DNA from: Acetatifactor sp.
GTDB lineage: Bacteria > Bacillota > Clostridia > Lachnospirales > Lachnospiraceae
DNA length: 64,000 nt
Reading direction: 5' to 3'
NCBI GenBank assembly: GCA_045546495.1
Contig: JAZQCX010000093.1
Span: forward strand, 10,961-74,960
Shown here piece by piece: positions 9,382 to 16,600 of this stretch. A program made the position numbers and the translations under genes. The stretch's first letter is position 1. Each line of letters starts with the position of its first letter. Below the pieces are notes generated by a model. The model saw only the letters and a list, made by a program, of their open reading frames with translations. It made no database searches and had not been told where the DNA came from.

Positions 9382-11181
9382 ATGAAGAAGAGCAAAGTAT
9401 TATCTGTTGTTACTTCCGCTACTCTGGCAGCTTCTATGCTGTTGGCAGGATGCGGCGGTAGCGAGACTCCTGCTAGCACCGCTTCCAGCAGTGCAGCAGC
9501 TTCCAGCAGCGCAACTGCTTCCAGCAGTGCAGCAGCAACCGAGCCGGAAAGCAATCTGCTTCCCGCTTTGAGTGCAGATGAGCAGGGTAAGCCCTCTCAC
9601 TTGACCACTCCCAGAAGTAACTATGTTGAGTATCCTTACGCAGACGGTGCAGGCGTTAAGCTTCAGTACTGGATGGCAGTTCCCGGAAACGTATCTAAGA
9701 ACCCCGCAACTGCAGACTCCGTACAGAACACCCAGTGGGCACAGCTGTGGCAGGAGAAGACCGGTATCGAAGTTGAGTTCATTGGACCCACTTCCGATAC
9801 TTCTACCGCTTTCAACCTGATGACCACCAGCACCAAGTTGCCTGACATCATCGAGTGGGAGTGGACCAACGGATACGCAGGCGGCCCTGCAGCAGCAGAG
9901 AGCGACGGCGTTCTGATTTATCTGGATGAGTTTATTACTCCCGACGGTCCTGCAGCAGACTTGTGGCAGTTCCTTCAGGATAACCCTACTCTGGACAAGG
10001 CAGTTAAGACTGATGACGGTCATTACTACACTTTCCCCTTCACCCGTGGTGATGCTTACCTGCAGACCACTTCCGGTCCTATCGTTCGTGCTGATATCAT
10101 CAAGGCTGTAGGTCTGGATATCGATAAGATTAAGACCATCGACGATTGGACAGATATGTTGACCAAGTTCAAGGAGTACGGTATTGAGAAGCCTCTGACC
10201 ACTCAGAACTGGGCTAACCTGCAGCAGCTGTGCTTGAGCGCTTATAACGTTCGTGGCGGTATGTATGTAGATTTCGAGACCGGTAAGGTTAAGTATGGTA
10301 ACATTGAGGAAGGCTACAAGCAGTGGCTGGCTCAGATGGTAGCTTGGAAGGATGCAGGTCTGTTGGATAAGGATATCCTGACCAACGACTCTAAGGTTCG
10401 TCAGGCTAACATGCTGACCTCTAAGGAAGTTTCCGAGAAGCCTATCTCTGCAATGACCTATGGTGCAGGTGGTGGACAGATCGGTACCTGGAACCAGGCA
10501 GCTTGGAAAGAGCCCGATGCTTACGGCGCTGAGTACGAGTTGACCGGTATTCAGTTCCCTGTTTTGAAGGCTGGTGATGAGATTCACTACGCTGGTGGTT
10601 CTACTGACTACGCTATCTCCTCTTCTTCTCACGCAGTAATTACTGCTGACTGTGAGAACCCTGAGGTTGCTGCAGCATTCTTGAACTTCTGCTACAGCGA
10701 GGAAGGTCACAAGATCATCAACTTTGGTATCGAAGGAACCGACTACACCATGGACGCTGACGGCAACATGACCTATGATGATTGGATCATGAACAACCCC
10801 GATGGTCTGGCTATCGCAGTTGCAATGGCTAACAAGGGTCGTGCTAACATGTCCGGTGCTTTCTGCCAGGATCCTAACTACATCAAGGCTTACTGGGCAA
10901 CCGAGCAGCAGACCAGAGCACTTCATATGTGGAATGATGAGACCGATGTACAGATGACCATCATGCCTCCTGTAACTCTGACTCCCGATGAGGCAGATGA
11001 TTACAAGAGAATCATGGCTGACATCGATACCGCTTCCAAGGAGTTCTACTCTGCAGTATTTACTGGCGAGAAGAACCTGGATGCTGATTGGGATGCATTC
11101 GTAGCTCAGATCGAGGGCATGGGCATTGCTGATGCTATCGCTATCGAGCAGGCAGCTCTGGATCGTTTCAACGCTAGATAA
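9382..11181 (+). CDS. extracellular solute-binding lipoprotein of a carbohydrate ABC importer (large LplA-type family-1 SBP)
   Basis: 599 aa. AGGAGG SD. Signal peptide with lipobox LLAGC, then a Ser/Ala-rich linker. Followed by two MalFG-type permease genes. Confidence 0.85.
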   Translation: MKKSKVLSVVTSATLAASMLLAGCGGSETPASTASSSAAASSSATASSSAAATEPESNLLPALSADEQGKPSHLTTPRSNYVEYPYADGAGVKLQYWMAVPGNVSKNPATADSVQNTQWAQLWQEKTGIEVEFIGPTSDTSTAFNLMTTSTKLPDIIEWEWTNGYAGGPAAAESDGVLIYLDEFITPDGPAADLWQFLQDNPTLDKAVKTDDGHYYTFPFTRGDAYLQTTSGPIVRADIIKAVGLDIDKIKTIDDWTDMLTKFKEYGIEKPLTTQNWANLQQLCLSAYNVRGGMYVDFETGKVKYGNIEEGYKQWLAQMVAWKDAGLLDKDILTNDSKVRQANMLTSKEVSEKPISAMTYGAGGGQIGTWNQAAWKEPDAYGAEYELTGIQFPVLKAGDEIHYAGGSTDYAISSSSHAVITADCENPEVAAAFLNFCYSEEGHKIINFGIEGTDYTMDADGNMTYDDWIMNNPDGLAIAVAMANKGRANMSGAFCQDPNYIKAYWATEQQTRALHMWNDETDVQMTIMPPVTLTPDEADDYKRIMADIDTASKEFYSAVFTGEKNLDADWDAFVAQIEGMGIADAIAIEQAALDRFNAR

Positions 11182-11214
11182 TCTGCTTTGAATTAAGAAC
11201 TGAGATATATAGTG

Positions 11215-11257
11215 AAGGGTCTGCTGCTGCAAATGCAGTGGCAGACCTTTTTACTTT
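11215..11257 (+). terminator. intra-operon stem-loop / partial terminator after the SBP gene
   Basis: aagggtctgc...gcagaccttt 10-bp stem with an inner ctgca/tgcag extension, followed by a 5-T run. Confidence 0.55.
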
Positions 11258-11280
11258 CAATATCCTAGGAGGAATTGTAA

Positions 11281-12234
11281 ATGAAGAATAACAAGGCTTC
11301 AGCACCGGTGAAGATTGATAAAAAAGCTGCCCGGGCGCGCGCGTGGAAACAGGTGAAGAAGAATAAAGCAATTTATTTGATGATTTTACCTGTTATTATT
11401 TATTACATTTTGTTCCATTATAAGCCTATGTATGGTGTTATCATCGCTTTCATGGATTACAGTCCCAGAAAGGGTGTTTTGGGAAGTGAGTGGGTAGGTC
11501 TTGAGCATTTCATGGATTTCTTCGGCGGTTACTATTTCTGGCGTTTGCTGAGAAATACGTTGAAGCTGAGCTTCGCTACTTTGCTCATAGGTTTCCCGGT
11601 ACCTATCATACTGGCGCTTCTTATTAACGAGTTGAACAACAAGAAGTTTTCCAAGATGGTACAGACCATTACATACATGCCCCACTTCGTATCTATGGTC
11701 GTACTGTGTTCCATGATTCGTCAGTTTATCGGTTCTAACGGTTTCATTACTCACTTCTTTACCTTGTTTGGTTATAACGGCGATAATATGCTGTCCCATG
11801 GTGAGTTCTGGATACCTATGTACGTTATTTCCAATATCTGGACCGGTGCAGGTTGGGGTTCCATTGTATACCTTGCAGCACTGACCAGTATTGACTCCCA
11901 GCTGTATGATGCGGCTAAGGTAGACGGTGCAAACAGATGGAAGCAGACGGTTCATGTAACCTTCCCTTCAATTCTGCCTACTATCGTTATTATGCTGATC
12001 ATGAGAGTTGGTCAGATCATGGGTGTTGGTTCTGAGAAGACCATTCTGTTGTACAACGAAGGTATTTACGAGGATGCAGATATCATCTCCTCATACGTTT
12101 ATCGTCTGGGTCTGATTAGCCGAGAGTTTTCTTTTTCGACTGCGGTTGGTCTGTTTAACTCGGTTGTAAACTTTATCCTGGTTATTATTGCTAACAAGAT
12201 TAGTAAGAAGACCACGGAAACAAGCTTGTGGTAA
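11281..12234 (+). CDS. carbohydrate ABC transporter permease (LplB/MalF-type)
   Basis: 317 aa, multi-TM. EAA-loop motif DAAKVDGANRWKQTVHVTFP. AGGAGG SD. Confidence 0.88.
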   Translation: MKNNKASAPVKIDKKAARARAWKQVKKNKAIYLMILPVIIYYILFHYKPMYGVIIAFMDYSPRKGVLGSEWVGLEHFMDFFGGYYFWRLLRNTLKLSFATLLIGFPVPIILALLINELNNKKFSKMVQTITYMPHFVSMVVLCSMIRQFIGSNGFITHFFTLFGYNGDNMLSHGEFWIPMYVISNIWTGAGWGSIVYLAALTSIDSQLYDAAKVDGANRWKQTVHVTFPSILPTIVIMLIMRVGQIMGVGSEKTILLYNEGIYEDADIISSYVYRLGLISREFSFSTAVGLFNSVVNFILVIIANKISKKTTETSLW

Positions 12235-12246
12235 GGAGGAAAGAAG

Positions 12247-13158
12247 ATGGCTAAAAAAGATAAAGATTTATTGGACTCCAGCCCCAAGGTAAAAAAGAGC
12301 CGTGGTGAGCGTATTTTTAATGTATTTAATATCTGCTTCATGATTTTGTTCATGATAGTATGTATTTATCCTTTCTGGTACGTAATTTGTGCATCCTTCA
12401 GTAGAAGTACTCTGTTGATGGGTGACCAGTCTGCGATTATGTTGCCTCTGGGATGGAGTACATCCGCATATGAGCATGTATTTAATACCCCTACTATTTG
12501 GCGTGGTTATGGTAATACCATCATCTACGTTGGTGTAGGTACCGCAATTAACATCTTCATGACGCTGCTTGCTGCTTACTTCCTTTCCAGAAAGAATCTT
12601 CCCGGAAAGACCTTTGTAACTGTCATGATTATGTTTACCATGTACTTCTCCGGTGGTATGGTTCCCGCTTACCTGAATATTCAGGAGTTGGGTCTTTACG
12701 ATACCCGTTGGGCGCTTTTGATTCCCGGAGCACTGAGTACTTATAACCTGATTATCATGAGAACTGCTATGTCCGGCGTGGATGACTCCCTGACAGAGTC
12801 TGCGATGCTTGACGGTGCGGGTCATATGACAATTCTGTGGAAAATCCTTGTTCCTCTGACAAAGGCAACTATCGCAGTACTGGTTCTGTACTATGGTGTT
12901 GGTCACTGGAACGCATGGTTTAACTCCATGATTTACCTGGAAGATAAGACGAAGCAGCCTCTGCAGCTGGTATTGAGACAGATATTGATTTTGTCCGATA
13001 TGTCTGATGCGGGTATTGGTGGTGATGATATGGAAATGCTTTCCGAAACCATCAAGTATGCTACGATTATCGTTTCCACAGTGCCTATCCTGGCATTATA
13101 TCCTTTCCTGCAGAAATACTTCACGAAGGGTGTTATGGTTGGTGCTGTAAAGGGCTAA
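12247..13158 (+). CDS. carbohydrate ABC transporter permease (LplC/MalG-type)
   Basis: 303 aa, multi-TM. EAA-loop motif ESAMLDGAGHMTILWKILVPL. AAGGAGG SD. Confidence 0.88.
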   Translation: MAKKDKDLLDSSPKVKKSRGERIFNVFNICFMILFMIVCIYPFWYVICASFSRSTLLMGDQSAIMLPLGWSTSAYEHVFNTPTIWRGYGNTIIYVGVGTAINIFMTLLAAYFLSRKNLPGKTFVTVMIMFTMYFSGGMVPAYLNIQELGLYDTRWALLIPGALSTYNLIIMRTAMSGVDDSLTESAMLDGAGHMTILWKILVPLTKATIAVLVLYYGVGHWNAWFNSMIYLEDKTKQPLQLVLRQILILSDMSDAGIGGDDMEMLSETIKYATIIVSTVPILALYPFLQKYFTKGVMVGAVKG

Positions 13159-13180
13159 TAAAAAACATGAAAATCACAAG

Positions 13181-13212
13181 GCACCTGAGGTTACTCGGGT
13201 GCTTTGTTTTTT
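13181..13212 (+). terminator. Rho-independent terminator after the transporter genes
   Basis: gcacctgag / ctcgggtgc 9-bp stem (one G-U), gtta loop, then tttgtttttt. Confidence 0.7.
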
Positions 13213-13310
13213 GCATTATGGAAAAATCGGTGTCGCACTCATGTGAAGGCTTTTCCGTAATGAAAAATGCTTCGTGGAGGTATGCGTTGCATGTAAGGAG
13301 TGTCTTTACA

Positions 13311-13388
13311 TGATATCAGATGTTTTGTCCTATAATCCTTTTTGTTATGTGATGTCAGGTGTTTTGCTGTATGATGTCAGGTGTTTTT
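13311..13388 (+). promoter_or_regulatory. three direct repeats TGAT(A/G)TCAG(A/G)TGTTTT(G/T), a candidate activator/operator array
   Basis: Copies at 13311-13327, 13350-13366 and 13372-13388. The last two are 22 nt apart start to start. The array ends 4 nt before a TTGACA. Confidence 0.45.
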
Positions 13389-13391
13389 GGG

Positions 13392-13420
13392 TTGACAGGA
13401 AATGTTATATTGGTGAAAAT
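13392..13420 (+). promoter_or_regulatory. candidate promoter TTGACA-17-GAAAAT, with alternative extended -10 TGtTATATT at 13403-13411
   Basis: Perfect -35 at 13392-13397 but a weak -10 at 13415-13420. Lies 180 nt upstream of the 13601 CDS. Confidence 0.35.
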
Positions 13421-13600
13421 AAATATGAGACTTCCTGTAAATCTAAAATATCGATATTTGGTATTGAGGCTAACTTGATGTAGGAGTGCGAGTGCCTGTT
13501 GATATAGGAATTGAGGATACTGTGCTTGCGAATATAGAAGCCTGAGGTATAAAATTGGAAGATATCGGGCTTGAAAATACAGAGAAAGGTGGAGCGTGAA

Positions 13601-15769
13601 ATGAATAAGGAGATTTTGCTTTGCAGAGAAGATTTTAAGGATTTTTCGATAGGAGAATTTCCTTTTGATCCGGAGCATACCGCAACGGGAGAGTATCATT
13701 ATATTGTTGAGGAAGGGTATCGCGGCAATTGGGTAGATCAGGTTTGCAATTACACCTATAACGGAACAGGTCCCAGCTGGATTATTACAGAACTGGATGG
13801 CGTTCATTATATGGAATCCATGCGAATCGAAAAGAATCGTCCCCATAGAATGTTTCCGACCTTGGAAACAGGCGAGAAGCTTTGGAAAAATTATATTGCC
13901 TCGGTGCAAATTCAACGCTTGTCACAGAAGGGCTTGGCGGGTATTGCCTTCTATATGAACAATAGTATTGATACGTTGGTTTTTGCGTTAGCGGATAAAA
14001 ATCGTGCGGAGCTTCATTACAGACATAAGGAGGAAATCATTCCGATTGCTTCCACGGAGTTTGTGCACGATTGTGATGCGTTGTATACGTTGACTGTGGA
14101 TTGCAACGAGTCCTGTGTAGAGTGCTTTGTGGACGGCGTAAGGGTGCTGAATGTTGATGCAACAGTACTGCAAGGTTTCGTGTGCGACTATTCAGATGAT
14201 GGGACCGTGCAGAAAGATACTGCGCAGGAGCCGAAAGACGGTGCGGTGCGAGGAGAGGCGTTGGGACTTTGCGAGGCGTTGAGCGAGAAGCAGTGCCGTG
14301 AGGTTTCCGCGGTCTTGCAGCGCGGCGGTAAAATTGGTATTACTGCGGACTGCCCTACGAGATTTACGAATGTAGCAGTGTATATTTCCGAGGAAGAACA
14401 GACGGCTCTGGAGGGCAGAAAGCAGAGTGCTGCGGAAAAAGAGACCGCGGAAATGATAAAGCACCCTAAGATGAAGCTTTGGAAGAAGCTGGATTTAGGC
14501 AACTTCGGAACCTCTCGTCAGGTGCGCTTCGGACATCTGACCGGGACAGAGCAGTGGTTTGTTGTGCTGGCGCAGATGCAGAAGAGAGTCAGCAGAGATG
14601 CATACGGGTTTATCAGCTGCTTGACTGCGATGGACTTAGACGGGAACGTGCTTTGGCAGTTGGGTGAGCCGTCGGAAAACAGCAGAAAGCTGGGAAAGGT
14701 TTCCGCAGATATGCCTTTTCAGGTGTATGACATTGACGGTGACGGCAAAGATGAGGTTATTGTAGGAAGGAATTTTGAAATTCAGATTTTGGATGGTGCA
14801 ACCGGGGCGGTAAAGAAGTCCGTCAAGACGCCTTTCTCCGATGATGAGGACAGTGCTATTATCGGCATTCCCTTTAATACATATGCCTTTGAACGTATCA
14901 ACCCGGACGGCATCCGCATTTGTAATTTCCGCGGTAAGGAGAGGCCTGCGGATATTCTGATTAAGGACAGATATTGCAGGGTGTATGCGTTGGATGAGAA
15001 TTTGAATCTTTTGTGGAAGTATCGCAGCGATAAAAATACAGGTCACTGTCCGCTACCCGTGGACATTAACGGTGACGGCAGAGACGAGGTTTTGGTGGGA
15101 TATAATATGCTCAGTGCAGACGGCGAGAAGCTTTGGACTTATCCTATTGATGCAGACCATACAGATGAAATCGTGGCCGGAAAATTCCGCGGCGATGGAG
15201 AGGGATATTTTGCCTGTGTTTCCGGTACGGAGGGCTTTTTTATCGGAGATTTTAAAGGAAATATTATTTCCCGGGATTTCATCGGTCATGCACAGAGAGT
15301 CAGTGTTGCACGTTATTGCGAGGGAAGCGAGAAATTCCAGCTTGCAGTTACTAACTTCTGGGGGCATCAAGGTGTCATTTATCTGTATGATGCGGATGGT
15401 AACCAGATATGGGAAACTGAGAATGAGATGAACGGCAATCTTGTAACGCCGGTGAACTGGGACGGAACCGGAACGGAAATGATCCTTACCAATGCGGACG
15501 CGAAGAAGGGCGGACTATTGACCGGCGAGGGCGTACGTGCAGTCGCGTTTCCGGAAGACGGACACCCTACGCTTTGCTGTGAGGCGATTAACCTGTTTGG
15601 GGACGAGAGGGAGGAACTTGTTTGCTGGGATTATAAGAGCATGTATATTTATACACAGGAGGATAATCCTAAGCCCCAGACCTATCGCCCGATAAAGTTC
15701 CCTCATTACAATGCATCCAACTACCGGGGCGAATATGCATATCCGGATGAAAGCTACCTGAAGTTTTAG
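13601..15769 (+). CDS. cytoplasmic FG-GAP/Ca-loop beta-propeller protein with an N-terminal jelly-roll-like domain; candidate polysaccharide lyase or glycosidase, family unassigned
   Basis: 722 aa from the ATG at 13601 (AAAGGTGGAG SD); the track's TTG at 13571 lacks an SD. Repeated DxDxDGxDE loops (YDIDGDGKDEVIVG, VDINGDGRDEVLVG, plus HTDEIVAG and DEREELVCW). No signal peptide. Confidence 0.5.
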   Translation: MNKEILLCREDFKDFSIGEFPFDPEHTATGEYHYIVEEGYRGNWVDQVCNYTYNGTGPSWIITELDGVHYMESMRIEKNRPHRMFPTLETGEKLWKNYIASVQIQRLSQKGLAGIAFYMNNSIDTLVFALADKNRAELHYRHKEEIIPIASTEFVHDCDALYTLTVDCNESCVECFVDGVRVLNVDATVLQGFVCDYSDDGTVQKDTAQEPKDGAVRGEALGLCEALSEKQCREVSAVLQRGGKIGITADCPTRFTNVAVYISEEEQTALEGRKQSAAEKETAEMIKHPKMKLWKKLDLGNFGTSRQVRFGHLTGTEQWFVVLAQMQKRVSRDAYGFISCLTAMDLDGNVLWQLGEPSENSRKLGKVSADMPFQVYDIDGDGKDEVIVGRNFEIQILDGATGAVKKSVKTPFSDDEDSAIIGIPFNTYAFERINPDGIRICNFRGKERPADILIKDRYCRVYALDENLNLLWKYRSDKNTGHCPLPVDINGDGRDEVLVGYNMLSADGEKLWTYPIDADHTDEIVAGKFRGDGEGYFACVSGTEGFFIGDFKGNIISRDFIGHAQRVSVARYCEGSEKFQLAVTNFWGHQGVIYLYDADGNQIWETENEMNGNLVTPVNWDGTGTEMILTNADAKKGGLLTGEGVRAVAFPEDGHPTLCCEAINLFGDEREELVCWDYKSMYIYTQEDNPKPQTYRPIKFPHYNASNYRGEYAYPDESYLKF

Positions 15770-15874
15770 GGGAATTTTGATAAGCAAATTATTTCCTGGT
15801 TTCCGGAAGGAATCGAAGATACGGAAGGGATTGAAAATACGTAAGGGAACGGACTGCTGTGGGAGATTGATACA

Positions 15875-15991
15875 CCGGAGTGAAATGGGAGTGCTGATGC
15901 GTGGAGTGCGACGGGAAGGCAGAAGATGCCGGAATGAAATGGGGGCCGTAGGAGTACTGATGCGTGGAGTGTGATGGGAAGACTGAAGATG
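15875..15991 (+). repeat. tandem duplication (54-nt unit plus a 63-nt unit carrying a 9-nt insertion) in a GGA-rich spacer
   Basis: Unit 1 is 15875-15928 (ccggagtgaaatgggagtgctgatgcgtggagtgcgacgggaaggcagaagatg). Unit 2 is 15929-15991 (ccggaatgaaatgggggccgtaggagtactgatgcgtggagtgtgatgggaagactgaagatg). Confidence 0.85.
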
Positions 15992-16534
15992 TTACAATAA
16001 ATCGGAGGTATCGCAGGAAGACCGGCAGCATTGGAAGAGACCGGGAACGCTGCAGAAAAATAAGGAAGTATCGACCATTTGAAACTCTGCGGCATCGTAA
16101 ACTTACAAAAAAACTTTTTTAGCTGCCGGAAAGAGGGGGAAAACTCAATGCCCGGCAGCTAAAAATTTGCAGAATTAGGAATTTGGATGCTGAATAGAAG
16201 GCACTTCGAATTGGGCGTCTATATTTTGGAAAATAAATCATTCTAGGTGTTTTGGGAGAAATGTGAAAAATCAGTATTTTTATACAGATTCCACAAGCAA
16301 AACGGTAGATTATTCCATGGAAAAGTGATATTATATTTAGCGGAGTGTGCTTCCGTAAAAGGGAAGTAGACGACAGATGCCGGTAACAAAAAAGCAGGAT
16401 ATTAGAAGACTAAGGCAAGAGTGCGACAAGAGCCAAGACAAGCACAAAAGCATAAATGAATGTCGGAATGAAAGTAAGAGCGTTGTCAGGGACAAAAAAG
16501 TAACAAGAAAAAAGTAAAGCAAAAAACAACAAAA

Positions 16535-16588
16535 CAATAAAGCAAAAAACAATAAAGCAAAAAACAATAAAACAATAAAACAATAAAA
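16535..16588 (+). repeat. A-rich microsatellite-like repeats in the 5' leader of the 16601 CDS
   Basis: caataaagcaaaaaa x2 (16535-16564), then caataaaa x3 (16565-16588). Ends at the GGAG SD (16591-16594). Confidence 0.85.
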
Positions 16589-16600
16589 CAGGAGATGCGT

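Noticed and set aside
9400-11232. 610-aa ORF on the minus strand opposite the solute-binding protein gene
   Set aside because: It is an antisense shadow of a codon-biased gene. The translation is low-complexity (Ser/Cys/Leu/Gln-rich), has no SD, and matches no recognisable family. The plus-strand ORF has a lipobox, an SD and SBP features.
13274-13483. 69-aa plus-strand ORF in the 13.2-13.6 kb spacer
   Set aside because: No SD, Cys-rich improbable sequence, and the ORF is built from the three direct repeats. I interpret the region as regulatory DNA.
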